Below the pieces are notes generated by a model. It ran no database searches. It saw only the letters and a list, made by a program, of their open reading frames with translations, and was not told where the DNA came from. Position numbers and translations under genes: made by a program. Below, piece by piece: positions 39,701 through 48,017 of a stretch of DNA of 64,000 bases. The stretch lies in assembly GCA_047639455.1 (NCBI GenBank), contig JBLINS010000002.1:226-64225 (forward strand), written 5' to 3'. The stretch comes from Candidatus Omnitrophota bacterium. Lineage in GTDB: Bacteria > Omnitrophota > Gorgyraeia > 2-02-FULL-51-18 > JAGOUK01. How positions within the stretch are numbered: the first letter of the stretch is position 1; every line of letters starts with the position of its first letter.

Positions 39701-41081
39701 AAAAATGGATGACATGAAAAGAAAGCCAAATCTTGAGGACCGCCTCGAAACCTATTCCCTAAGCTCCATAGTCGAGGAATTGCAATTTCTTCCCATTCAA
39801 CAGCACCCAACCCAATCAGACACCACCACTCACCCGCCCTCGAATGATGACCACGCAAGATTAGCCGCACCGCAGTTAACTTCATCTGAGGATTCAGGCC
39901 CCAACTTGGCTACATTTGATAGCAGAGCAACAAGATTAGCTGGTTCTAATAGCATTTCTAAGAAATCAATTGTTGGAGAGGATATCTTTAAGCAAATATT
40001 ATTAGCTGTGGATTTGGATTTACCGGTGAGGGGGGCTTTGGTGCCGGAATTGAAGTCTTTGTTTGTGCGGTGGTTTGGCCGGGCACGTGTAGAAGAGGAT
40101 GTTTATGCGATTGGTCATTCTGGTAATCGCTTTTCTCGGGTGAGGATATATTCTTTGGGAGCTAAAGGCTACCATGTATTGGATGAGGTGACGGGTGAGC
40201 GTCTTAATATTTCTTTGGAAGAAATAGCGGCTTATAGATTGGATTTGAAGAAGAATGGTTCACAACCAGAGTCAATTATGCAAAGACTAGGAGATGCCGA
40301 CTTTAGTTATAATGCCTTGGAATTGAAGTCTAGTATTAAACGGTCTCTAGCTCTTCTTAGACAAGGCATTGGGGTTGTGGCCGCATTACCTAAAAAGCTA
40401 GTGCGTTTTAAGATGGTGACTGATTTTGCGAGCATTAAATCTGCTATTGGGCAGAATATGGAATATTTGTATGTGATGAGTGAGGATAGGCGTTTTAGTC
40501 AAAGAGCGTCACATGTCTTTATTGGAACCGTTGAGGACCAATTGGCATTGGATGCGTATAGAGAGAACTTGGATGGAGATGCGGACTTCTTAGGCTTTGT
40601 GAATCAAATTCAAATTGTGGGTTTGGCGGATATTCTACGTAATTATGATGTCAATTCTAGTCCTCGAATTGTCTTTGCGAGCACACCCAAAAGTTTTGAA
40701 CGGGCTTATGCTTCGAATAAGGACTTTAGACGCTTAGTGGACGTGGATTTGGTTTCAATAGCGCCTACCAGCGCGGCAGCGAATAATGAGCTATTGGATA
40801 TGCTGAATTTATTGAATACAGCTGATATATTGGCTCATTGGGCACAATTATCACAAGAAGAGCAAGCTGAGCATCAAGTGCATATTGGACGCTATCTGAA
40901 ACGTGCTTATCAAATTGATGGGTCTAGAGAGCATATTGATTCCCTAAGCTATGCTTCAGGCTTTGAGGAAGACACACACTGGTATCAACGGATTAGCTTG
41001 CCACCCTTAGGGCGCTATGTGGATGCTATATTTCATAGCTTTATTCCCACGATTCGCAATGCTGTATTGGCCTCAGCTTAG
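33741..41081 (+). CDS. Giant protein (2446 aa) with an N-terminal signal/TM segment, a module shared with the first giant ORF, and a Walker-A-like motif
   Basis: Uninterrupted 7.3-kb ORF with a hydrophobic N-terminus (IIKSISLLIIFLMTVEQLCFAAPVG). aa ~440-530 are homologous to the start of ORF 3..7697 (FLVTGGYHTQNL...FITLSPKVTSETNHQQYESLLL). GPAASGKK at nt 35622-35645. Confidence 0.8.
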   Translation: MGILPYMFIYTNSIYTVSRIIKSISLLIIFLMTVEQLCFAAPVGQLGSSLTQLIGSQNKPQTLLSLVDLVQNPVNIKPTFKYAHVQNIHQGTNGKLIIHIQDAHANFSGQMNLAKTIDDLMTKYGIKLVLAEGGEGDASLSTLRSKMTTRDMDAAANRLLMDGMIAGHEYLDLTSKHKMKLVGIENKELYLSNLKAYSELTQTRKKITAHLHKIKVAIQRLKNKLYSKDILELESIEEFNKQFEALLQLNDGRIQLSTYPQMQLLKNLKSEEKLIDFDRLNLEREALFDLLSAKGQSEALRKLVQDMRQGQSSQITQSFNMRKLFELAHQNQIQMQRFYNLQKYNDYLKEFVQLDFNHLLEEVDEFQTLLYQNLFQGEKDPSILRAIDVYKDLLDKATQIQMTSREFQTFMANEEKFDEEAWQAFLNQKLLDLEYYDNLIPFKEELTEFKQKLKNFYRLVNQRDEAFIQNISKVLNQEDEQAAFLVTGGYHTQNLTKLVQAEGYSFITLSPKVTSETNHQQYESLLLKELNQSISSGAQTKSPMQVITTTLVQTLSRMSQVRIPEYARRFSNERFGQVAQMIVDPRSASRMTNYPNKHIFNDYASMIQWLKIELGMDDEQIGVVIVDGPAASGKKAVAKHLSDNGEVAHFKMDGFASQAMRNALALALGFFIGPLLLGRFLDRFILRFFHDHEAILDLKQQIAHAIKQVEESNAESVEVSPQYGFKNLDPESAIKAMQDSKQTVKKSSTIIVSGLRGKELLGTGMPQQQSILVTTDWNTTYNRYQDRQTQGNSKQFWPWALIRQFTASFKWEESFFARRQNEYDFVIDSTNIDRPTVIDQRNLTTDSTRMSPNSVPFEGRARMSNPNNDSLPLPAGVDGYIVDPGAEGSGRDLPISKSGARMTSSSTEHVAEEVPDPLATGEDGASLAEKKKVTGKRPGRVRQVGHVPLESKNFNLIMEFIKRYRKIDSDTIEYSTYLRGINPLLETLRQEPRARRKETRALLALTEGFIQKKSHIQPTLDEIMAVAVASFSIPLNSHLLVIYALTLKMLDMTGKDLLNAQQISQFEKELHALVDLYSSKHPQEKNINLATIIRQILSIQMKDSKSNLLSQSQWHFSSALQSELAKIELQEMGQALRHDPSESIGRIQTSHHALKLGAQNNQIANVVDWTHGLMSQDHRVRRMIRSHEASEIPAKSSIQNALQPTVNAVNDNLDTLILWTLEALKKDDSNNQTRDKKKPLIAQTGVSRYGLSCKSGSACNQAAARWNDEHTLDDILESRELLEEFSMHIGQTNQSHASFTLNYGQIYEHTLQRLIYLRAADFPFDASDSDAESISANLDQIKSLLPKEYFKIYKLIVSGTASNSLKAIQLMEASQWLNESLLAELYQYISRDLLSKVFVHQDEASIEEIKIISKDNNDGIIVNVNPNGLAEVFIDNRQYFDNPRMITIPLPDHAGSQVRLRAQRDSRSFLWLHAFSVSEDLFLGQFFYDSERREMLHEKKHFKSRVLKGHEGVPDMPDSVPVTMQKNEMGNYFAFKYEDKTYNLSRPYEARYKGIRDDADLQTIHIRIIRQQNKDYVYGFLNPDDELASDAFAKWLWVPSKDGGRHRFEAEYFYVPGTKLWFYHLLRNNITTSRIYQARIDLDDKGQAIIHKELKLRLGDMFKGGGQNMPSEALMTNTLADPSRVDIYDAPESEDKKERGSFDPRQMRFIASKYYSKPRSMFQRDWQIVTQRHNEFLSDSNLIVPNPDPVVVRMPIGVDTRAKTGHPKHIIDTPTGKPITFEKTEHVDELVMIRFNQFKMNGRIQRGIELIALSEDFVPKFLIRRGYYHAPGDEFKWQSPRRRKSYTIEERYQIEEVLIHTGYLGSFVHHMTIKADYLTREFVQMVNNELQLAQIDVEKVLDEYNHVLTELDKIKAFLLKQNWESSEMDKHFGRISDVISPVYRQAIDQVQRNQQTYPIGTRVRFRHRKATVEGYQSIEGGVILITLKMDDMKRKPNLEDRLETYSLSSIVEELQFLPIQQHPTQSDTTTHPPSNDDHARLAAPQLTSSEDSGPNLATFDSRATRLAGSNSISKKSIVGEDIFKQILLAVDLDLPVRGALVPELKSLFVRWFGRARVEEDVYAIGHSGNRFSRVRIYSLGAKGYHVLDEVTGERLNISLEEIAAYRLDLKKNGSQPESIMQRLGDADFSYNALELKSSIKRSLALLRQGIGVVAALPKKLVRFKMVTDFASIKSAIGQNMEYLYVMSEDRRFSQRASHVFIGTVEDQLALDAYRENLDGDADFLGFVNQIQIVGLADILRNYDVNSSPRIVFASTPKSFERAYASNKDFRRLVDVDLVSIAPTSAAANNELLDMLNLLNTADILAHWAQLSQEEQAEHQVHIGRYLKRAYQIDGSREHIDSLSYASGFEEDTHWYQRISLPPLGRYVDAIFHSFIPTIRNAVLASA

Positions 41082-41174
41082 CCTACCCTAGCCCAACCAT
41101 TTTAACACCCCAGGGGTGTTAAAATGGTTGGGGTTTGAGCGAATAAATGTTGTAAATGTTGTACAATAGCCATC

Positions 41175-42056
41175 ATGAAAAAAATGACAATTACTTTCAC
41201 CTTAATACTGCATGCTATTTGTTTCCTAGGGCCTTTAGATGCCCACGCCTCGAGTAAAGGCGTCTTAGCCAAATCATCCATTTCAAGAATTGAGTCTGTG
41301 GATGCTGTTGCAATGGCGGCACAGGAATTACGTCAAAAAAAATTAGACTATGGAATCCAAAGCATTGAGGCAGTTGATGCCATGGCTGATTTAGCCCAAG
41401 TTTATGAAGATGCGGGTCGAAATTCCCAGGCAGAACTTTTTTATGCGCGCTCATTGTTGATGTATCAAAAGATTTATGGTCATTCGGATGTCAGAACAGC
41501 CAGAATTATGTATCGCGTGGCTTCGAGCTATTTGCACATGGGCACACCCCAAGAAGCGCTTAAGTTATATAGGAGGTCTCTGGTTATTACGGAGGCTGAG
41601 TATGGACCAACAGACATAAGGGTAACCGCGTCACTTGGTGGATTAGCCGAAACATATAAAGCCTTAGGTATGTATACAGAATCGCTTGAAGCATTCCAGC
41701 GTGTATTGGATTTGTTGGACATAAAGAATGCCGATTACCGTGCCGGCGTGATATCGTCTTATACACACATAGCTGATATTTATTTAAAGCAAGGTGAGTT
41801 TGAAAAATCAGAGCTAACCCATTACTCCTTAATCCATACTTTAGAATTAGAATTTGGTAAACAGCATTGGCAAATAGCACCCTTATTTAATAATTTGGGG
41901 AATTTGTATAAACAATGGAAAAAGGCTGATCAGGCTGTAGTCGCCTATGAAGAATCCTTGAATATATTATTAAAACACTTTTCTCCCGATCACCCCGAAG
42001 TGCAATTGGTTATGACTAATTTAGATCAATTGTTTGTTGCCAAAGAGTCCTTTTAA
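41175..42056 (+). CDS. Secreted tetratricopeptide-repeat protein
   Basis: Signal peptide plus several TPR-like 34-residue repeats (A..Y...G....A...Y..sL pattern). Confidence 0.65.
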   Translation: MKKMTITFTLILHAICFLGPLDAHASSKGVLAKSSISRIESVDAVAMAAQELRQKKLDYGIQSIEAVDAMADLAQVYEDAGRNSQAELFYARSLLMYQKIYGHSDVRTARIMYRVASSYLHMGTPQEALKLYRRSLVITEAEYGPTDIRVTASLGGLAETYKALGMYTESLEAFQRVLDLLDIKNADYRAGVISSYTHIADIYLKQGEFEKSELTHYSLIHTLELEFGKQHWQIAPLFNNLGNLYKQWKKADQAVVAYEESLNILLKHFSPDHPEVQLVMTNLDQLFVAKESF

Positions 42057-42059
42057 TTC

Positions 42060-43271
42060 ATGAGCTCAACTCCAGAGCTGTTTACTTTATTCGGCGTATA
42101 TTTCATTGGCTTAGGCTTGAACTTGACGCCATGTGTATACCCCATGCTCTCCGTTACCGCTTCAATCTTTGCTAGACGCACAGACACTCAATTAAGTTTG
42201 GCTTTTTTCAAAGCTCTAGTTTATGTATTAGGCATTGTATGCATGTACACCATACTGGGTGTTTTGGCAGCCTTGGGCGGTGGTGTGTTTGGAGAGTGGT
42301 TGCAGAATAAGTGGGTTTTAATACTAATAGCCACATGCATATTTATTTTTGCTTTAGCCATGTTTGGAGTCTGGCGTATTGAAGCGCCTGGTTGGCTAAT
42401 TAATAAATTAGGCAGCAAATCAACACTGGGTTGGTTGGGGCTATTTTTATCAGGGTTATTTGTGGGTATTATTGCCGCGCCTTGCATCGGGCCACCAGTG
42501 GCGGCTTTATTAACACATGTAGCATCAAAGGCCGACCCTGTTTATGGATCCAAAATCTTTTTTGTTATGGCTATGGGTTTGGGCACGCCTTATTTAATTT
42601 TAGGAACCTTTTCACATTTATTAAGCCGATTGCCTAAGTCAGGCGCATGGATGATATGGGTTGAGCGAGTCTTTGGGTGTATTTTGCTCACAATTTCAGC
42701 CTATTATTACCTCGTGGCTTTGTATCCGAAGGGCATACATTATTTATTACCCATAGCTACTTTGGTCAGCTCTGTGTATTTGGGATTCTTTCAGCGCTCA
42801 GGTGATGAGAAGCGGTTTTTTTATTTACTGAAACGAATAGCAGCTGTTGTGATTATTATAGTGATGGTGCCTCTGTACAGGCCAACTGGCGCAACTCAGG
42901 TAGAGTGGCAGAATTACACTCCCCCAACCTTTGAGTCCGCTTTAAGCAATGGCAAGCCTATGCTTTTGGATTTTTATGCGGATTGGTGTATACCTTGTCA
43001 CGAAATGGACCAAACCACCTACAGGAACTCAGAAGTCATTCAATTACTCAATGGTTTTGATCGCATTAAGGTGGATTTGACGGACGGCGATGATGTTGCC
43101 ACCAAGGCTATGGCTAGGAAATACCTCATTATAGGCATGCCTACGACTGTATTCATTGACTCAGAGGGCAAGGAGATCAAGGATGCACGCGCTATTGGCT
43201 ATGTATCCGCGTCAAATATGATTCAAATTTTGACTTCTATAAAGTCAAATTCTTATAAAGAAAATCAATAG
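42060..43271 (+). CDS. dsbD: DsbD/CcdA-type thiol:disulfide interchange membrane protein with a C-terminal thioredoxin domain
   Basis: Multi-TM core with conserved Cys-containing helices (LTPCVYPML; IAAPCIGP). C-terminal DFYADWCIPCHEMD (CxxC thioredoxin motif). Confidence 0.75.
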   Translation: MSSTPELFTLFGVYFIGLGLNLTPCVYPMLSVTASIFARRTDTQLSLAFFKALVYVLGIVCMYTILGVLAALGGGVFGEWLQNKWVLILIATCIFIFALAMFGVWRIEAPGWLINKLGSKSTLGWLGLFLSGLFVGIIAAPCIGPPVAALLTHVASKADPVYGSKIFFVMAMGLGTPYLILGTFSHLLSRLPKSGAWMIWVERVFGCILLTISAYYYLVALYPKGIHYLLPIATLVSSVYLGFFQRSGDEKRFFYLLKRIAAVVIIIVMVPLYRPTGATQVEWQNYTPPTFESALSNGKPMLLDFYADWCIPCHEMDQTTYRNSEVIQLLNGFDRIKVDLTDGDDVATKAMARKYLIIGMPTTVFIDSEGKEIKDARAIGYVSASNMIQILTSIKSNSYKENQ

Positions 43272-43437
43272 TTATTAACTATAATTAACTATACTTACAC
43301 CAAAAAGCCCACTTTTTCTTCACCACTCATTTCATGTCCCAAAATCCCTAAAAGGGTTAAATTTAATATTCACACTTGGCGTTTTATCTGATAGACTGTG
43401 GGGCTCTAGTCAGGTAATTACGTTCGATTGTGGGGTT

Positions 43438-44706
43438 ATGTTGGAAGCTAAAGAATCCATTGCTTGTGTTGTTTTAGCCGCGGGAGCGGGAACACGAATG
43501 AAGAGCAAGACTCCCAAAGTCCTTCAACTCATGTGTGGATTGCCGGTACTAGGACATATACTCAATACCTTGGATGAATTAGGTATTGAGAAAGTAACGA
43601 CTGTTGTTGGTCATCAAAAAGAATTGGTGACAGAGTTCGTTAGCGAAAGGGCCGAGGTGGTCGAACAAATACCACCTCGCGGAACAGGCCACGCTCTTTT
43701 ACAAGCCAAGACTCCTTTGGGAGATTTTATTGGCACTATAATTGTTGTTTGCGGTGATGCACCGCTCATTACTGCGCAATCCTTGCGTCAGTTAGTCCAA
43801 AAAAGAATTCAACATCAAGCTGCTTGTGTCGTATTGACCTTTGATGCGCCCTCACCAAAAGGTTATGGTCGTATTATTAAGGACGAGCAAGAGCAAATTA
43901 TTGGCATTATTGAAGAAGCGAATGCAAATACTGACCAAAAATTAATTACTGAAGTGAATTCAGGCGCTTATTGCTTTGATGCGCAAAAATTATTTAATGT
44001 ATTAGATCAGCTCAAACCTGATCCGATAAAGAACGAAATTTATTTAACAGATGCTGTCGCCATTATGGCTAAAGAATCCAAAGTTGTGGCAGTTAAGACG
44101 GATGATTATCGCGAGACCTTAGGGATTAATTCGCAAAAGGATTTAGCAACGGTGACAAAAATTAAGAAACAACAAGTTTTGGATGGCTTAATGGCTCAAG
44201 GCGTTAAGATTGTGGATGAGGCGACTACCTATATATCAGTGGATGTTCAAATAGGCCAAGATACGGTGATTCACCCTAATACGGTTATTGAAGGCCCTGT
44301 TAAGATTGGCGAGAATTGTCAAATTGGACCATTTGCACGTATTCGTCCAGGCGTCGTTATTGAAGATGGGGCAGTTATAGGAAACTTCGTAGAAATTAAT
44401 CGCAGTCATATTGGAAAAAATAGTTTAGTTAAACATTTGTCATATTTGGGTGATGCCAAAATAGGCGCTGATGTGAATATAGGCGCTGGCACAATTACAG
44501 CCAATTTTGATGGCCAGAACAAATATGAAACCATTATTGAAGACGGTGCATCTATTGGCAGCGGCACAGTTTTGATAGCACCAGTACATGCTGAGCCGGG
44601 AGCCGTTACTGGAGCCGGAGCCGTAGTGACAAAGAATACCAAAATTAAATCTAAACAAACTTTTGTTGGCATGCCAGCTAAAGTAGTCAAGAAGAAGGAG
44701 AAATAA
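43438..44706 (+). CDS. glmU: Bifunctional UDP-N-acetylglucosamine pyrophosphorylase / glucosamine-1-phosphate N-acetyltransferase
   Basis: N-terminal nucleotidyltransferase motif (VVLAAGAGTRMKSKTPKVL) and C-terminal left-handed beta-helix hexapeptide repeats. Confidence 0.85.
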   Translation: MLEAKESIACVVLAAGAGTRMKSKTPKVLQLMCGLPVLGHILNTLDELGIEKVTTVVGHQKELVTEFVSERAEVVEQIPPRGTGHALLQAKTPLGDFIGTIIVVCGDAPLITAQSLRQLVQKRIQHQAACVVLTFDAPSPKGYGRIIKDEQEQIIGIIEEANANTDQKLITEVNSGAYCFDAQKLFNVLDQLKPDPIKNEIYLTDAVAIMAKESKVVAVKTDDYRETLGINSQKDLATVTKIKKQQVLDGLMAQGVKIVDEATTYISVDVQIGQDTVIHPNTVIEGPVKIGENCQIGPFARIRPGVVIEDGAVIGNFVEINRSHIGKNSLVKHLSYLGDAKIGADVNIGAGTITANFDGQNKYETIIEDGASIGSGTVLIAPVHAEPGAVTGAGAVVTKNTKIKSKQTFVGMPAKVVKKKEK

Positions 44707-44709
44707 TTC

Positions 44710-45666
44710 ATGAGCATGGGAAGTAAATTAATTTTACTTAGCGGGAATGCAAATCGTTCTTTAGCGCAAGAAATTGCTGAATATTTATCGATTCCATTAT
44801 CTGATGCAATTGTGAGTTCTTTTTCTGAGGGCGAAAGTCGTGTCCAAATTCTGGATGATGTGCGTGGAGCTGATGTTTTTGTCATTCAGCCAACAAGCCC
44901 ACCAGTGAATCAGAATTTGATGGAATTATTAATTATGATGGATGCTCTAAAGAGAGCTTCGGCAGATCGAATCACTTGTGTGCTGCCATATTACGGGTAT
45001 GCACGACAAGATCGCAAAGATAGGCCTCGCGTCCCGATTTCAGCCAAATTAGTAGCCAATTTATTAACTTCCGCTGGGGCTAGCCGCGTCTTAACTATGG
45101 ACTTGCATGCCGGCCAAATCCAGGGATTCTTTGACATACCCCTAGACCATTTGTATGCGGTGAACGTATTCATGGATCACTTTGAACGCTTGAATATTGA
45201 AGATAAAGTTGTTGTGTCACCCGATGTTGGCGGTATCAAAATGGCCCGAGCTTATGCTAAAAAATTCAATGCTGATTTGGCCATTGTGGACAAGCGCCGT
45301 GCAGAAGATGGTGATACAGAGGTGATGAATATCTTAGGTACTGTCAAAGATAAAAATGTCATTATGGTTGATGATATTTGCGCAACAGCAGGCTCATTGT
45401 GTAATGCGGCTGAGGCGGTCAAATTAGCGGGTGCTAAAAAGATTTATGCAGCGATTTCGCATCCCATTCTTTCGGGTCCAGCATATGAGAGAATTGAAAA
45501 AGCGCCTATAGATCAATTGTGTGTGACTAATTCAATTCCGATACCGGAAGATAGACCTTGTGGCAAGATTAAAGTTTTGAGCATAGCGCCCTTATTGGGT
45601 GAAGCAATTCGTAGAATTTATCATTCTGAATCTGTAAGCGGCCTATTTGGTTCGCATATTATCTAG
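44710..45666 (+). CDS. prs: Ribose-phosphate pyrophosphokinase
   Basis: Full-length PRPP synthetase signature (LLSGNANRSLAQEIA...; the DLHAGQIQGFFDIPLDHLYA motif; PRPP-binding loop VDDICATAGSL). Confidence 0.9.
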   Translation: MSMGSKLILLSGNANRSLAQEIAEYLSIPLSDAIVSSFSEGESRVQILDDVRGADVFVIQPTSPPVNQNLMELLIMMDALKRASADRITCVLPYYGYARQDRKDRPRVPISAKLVANLLTSAGASRVLTMDLHAGQIQGFFDIPLDHLYAVNVFMDHFERLNIEDKVVVSPDVGGIKMARAYAKKFNADLAIVDKRRAEDGDTEVMNILGTVKDKNVIMVDDICATAGSLCNAAEAVKLAGAKKIYAAISHPILSGPAYERIEKAPIDQLCVTNSIPIPEDRPCGKIKVLSIAPLLGEAIRRIYHSESVSGLFGSHII

Positions 45667-45692
45667 TTTTTAGTTTAAAAGAGGAGAAAGTA

Positions 45693-46361
45693 ATGGAAAG
45701 AGTTTTAATGGCAGTAAAGGAACGTGCAGTTAGCGGAAAGAGTCCTAATCGCACTATGAGGAATGAAGGCATTGTACCCGGAATTGTGTATCACAAACAT
45801 GAGCCTTCCGTGGCCATCGCATTGAATATAAAAGAATTAACTAAGAACTTAAGAACTGAAGCGGGACGTAATATATTAATCGATTTAAATATTAATGAAT
45901 CGACCGCTAAAGACAATAAGACCGTTGTGGTAAAAGAAATTCAATACCATCCAGTTAGCGGACATATGATTCATGTCGACTTTCATCAAATATCATTAGT
46001 AGACAAAATTAAAGTAGTCGTAGCTGTTTTTGTTACGGGTACTCCAGACGGAGTTAAAAACGAGGGTGGTGTTGTAGAATTGCACGCTCGTGAGCTCGAA
46101 GTCGAATGTTTGCCTACAAGTATGCCAGATCGTATTGAGGTTAAAGTGGATCACTTAAAGCTAAATGAATCTTTGCATGCTAGCGATATAGTGCTACCAG
46201 AGGGTGTGTCTATATTATCTGAGGCCGAAACAGTCATTGCTCAGGTTGTGCTGCCGCATGTTGAAGAAGCAGCAGCGACTGAAGAAGGTGAAGACGCTGC
46301 TCAGCCTGAAGTTATCGGCGCTAAGCCAGATGAAGCTGAGGCTGGAGAAGCTAAGAAATAA
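45693..46361 (+). CDS. rplY: Ribosomal protein L25 (Ctc-form, long)
   Basis: L25/Ctc N-terminal pattern (R...GKSPNRTMRNEGIVPGIVY) and an acidic C-terminal extension. Conserved prs-rplY-pth synteny. Confidence 0.8.
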   Translation: MERVLMAVKERAVSGKSPNRTMRNEGIVPGIVYHKHEPSVAIALNIKELTKNLRTEAGRNILIDLNINESTAKDNKTVVVKEIQYHPVSGHMIHVDFHQISLVDKIKVVVAVFVTGTPDGVKNEGGVVELHARELEVECLPTSMPDRIEVKVDHLKLNESLHASDIVLPEGVSILSEAETVIAQVVLPHVEEAAATEEGEDAAQPEVIGAKPDEAEAGEAKK

Positions 46362-46372
46362 GAATATAGATT

Positions 46373-46993
46373 GTGAAACTAATTGTTGGATTAGGGAATC
46401 CTGGGAAGAAATACTCAGGAACTCGGCATAATGTTGGATTCGAGGTGCTCGATTTTTTTTGCGACACTTTAGACAAGCGACGAATAGTAAAAGCGCAAAA
46501 AATAAAAACAGTGACTCAGGATGGAAATCGCGTACGATTTTCTATTCAAGAATTTGAGTCCAAGGATGGTTTGGATTCGATTGTGGTCATTAAACCCGAA
46601 AATTATATGAATCTTTCGGGCTGGACAGTCAAATTCTGTGTTAATGAATATTTATTAGATGCAGATGACTTTATTATTGTTGCAGATGACATTGCATTGC
46701 CAATTGGCAAAATTAGATTTAGGGAAAAGGGTTCCTCGGGTGGCCAGAAAGGCATCCAATCGATAATTGATGAATTAGGAACTCAGAACTTTAGTCGTTT
46801 GCGAATTGGAATACAGTCTGAAGAGAATGTGGGTGATTTGGCTGATTTTGTTCTAAAGCCTTTTATGCTTAGTGAACATAAGCAAATTAATCAGGTGGTT
46901 GAGACCGCAGCCCTTAGTTTGAATACATGGATTGATCGCGGGATGCCCGCTGCCATGAATGATTTTAATGGGAATATTAACGATAAGGAGTAG
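46373..46993 (+). CDS. pth: Peptidyl-tRNA hydrolase
   Basis: GTG start. N-terminal KLIVGLGNPGKKYSGTRHNVGF is the Pth signature. Confidence 0.85.
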   Translation: MKLIVGLGNPGKKYSGTRHNVGFEVLDFFCDTLDKRRIVKAQKIKTVTQDGNRVRFSIQEFESKDGLDSIVVIKPENYMNLSGWTVKFCVNEYLLDADDFIIVADDIALPIGKIRFREKGSSGGQKGIQSIIDELGTQNFSRLRIGIQSEENVGDLADFVLKPFMLSEHKQINQVVETAALSLNTWIDRGMPAAMNDFNGNINDKE

Positions 46994-46995
46994 AA

Positions 46996-47466
46996 ATGAA
47001 TAAGTATGAGGCAATGTTTGTATTTGTTGGGTCTGCGAGCGCTGACGCTTTAACTAAACAAATGCAAACAGTTCAAACAACTATCACTGAATGTGGTGGA
47101 AAAATAACACAAGTTGATGAATGGGGTAAGAGAAAATTAGCTTACTTAGTTAATAAGGTTGCAGAAGGCCATTACTTACTAGTTTATTTTGAAAGCGAAC
47201 CAAGCGCTATTGATGAAATGAATAAAAAGTATAAGTTCAATACAGACATTATTAAATGCATGATTCTTTCGTATGATCCTCTGCAGGATAAACAAAAAGA
47301 AATCAAGGCTGCAAAAGAAGCTAGAGCTAAGTTTGAAGAAGATGAGCGTGCTGTATCTGAATCTACACCTGCTGCTGCACCTGTTGCTGCTGCATCTGAA
47401 GCCACGCCTGTTGCTGCTGCGTCTGAAGCTACGCCTGAAGCTGCACCTGAAGCGGTTTCGGAGTAA
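46996..47466 (+). CDS. rpsF: Ribosomal protein S6 with a repetitive Ala/Glu/Pro-rich C-terminal tail
   Basis: S6 N-terminal fold sequence (YEAMFVFVGSAS...GGKITQVDEWGKRKLAY). The tail PVAAASEATPVAAASEATPEAAPEA is encoded by a near-perfect DNA tandem repeat (47365-47440). Confidence 0.85.
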   Translation: MNKYEAMFVFVGSASADALTKQMQTVQTTITECGGKITQVDEWGKRKLAYLVNKVAEGHYLLVYFESEPSAIDEMNKKYKFNTDIIKCMILSYDPLQDKQKEIKAAKEARAKFEEDERAVSESTPAAAPVAAASEATPVAAASEATPEAAPEAVSE

Positions 47467-47504
47467 TTTTGAATTTAAATATACTCAACTCATGGAGGTG
47501 ACAC

Positions 47505-47987
47505 ATGGCATCATTTAATAGAGTATTTTTAATGGGTAACTTAACAAGAGACCCAGAATTAAAATACATCCCTAGTGGCAGTGCAGTGGCGACATTTAGT
47601 TTAGCGATTAATAGAGTGTATCGCTTACAAACAGGCGAAAAAAAAGAAGAAACTACTTTTTTACGAATTGTCGTTTGGGGAAAAATGGGTGAAAACTGTG
47701 CGCAATATCTCAAAAAAGGTAGTGCTGCATTTGTTGAGGGGCGAGTTGTAGCTCGTAATTGGGATGCTCCGGATGGTAGTAAACGAACCACCACTGAAGT
47801 CATTGCGACCGCAGTTCAATTTTTAAATAGCAAAACAGGTGTTGCTGTTAGCGAAGAGGGCTATGGTCAATCATCAGCACCATCCCAATCAGCACCAAAA
47901 AAAGAACCGTTAGAAGAAATTTCATTAGACATGCCATCCGAACCGCCTACAGGCAAAGGTGATGGTAGTGATGTGGTTCCATTTTAA
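47505..47987 (+). CDS. ssb: Single-stranded DNA-binding protein
   Basis: OB-fold N-terminus (NRVFLMGNLTRDPELKYIPSGSAVATFSLAINR), a Gly/Ser/Pro-rich linker and a C-terminal ...DVVPF tail. Confidence 0.85.
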   Translation: MASFNRVFLMGNLTRDPELKYIPSGSAVATFSLAINRVYRLQTGEKKEETTFLRIVVWGKMGENCAQYLKKGSAAFVEGRVVARNWDAPDGSKRTTTEVIATAVQFLNSKTGVAVSEEGYGQSSAPSQSAPKKEPLEEISLDMPSEPPTGKGDGSDVVPF

Positions 47988-48017
47988 GTTTGATTAGTTA
48001 ATTACAAGGAGAAGATA

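Noticed and set aside
44406-44885. 159-aa minus-strand ORF antisense to the glmU/prs junction, and similar antisense ORFs (57368-57829, 55656-56027, 53873-54265, 52385-52882)
   Set aside because: They are antisense to strongly supported conserved genes, lack RBS and have odd composition. They are typical spurious ORFs in hexapeptide-repeat and AT-rich regions.
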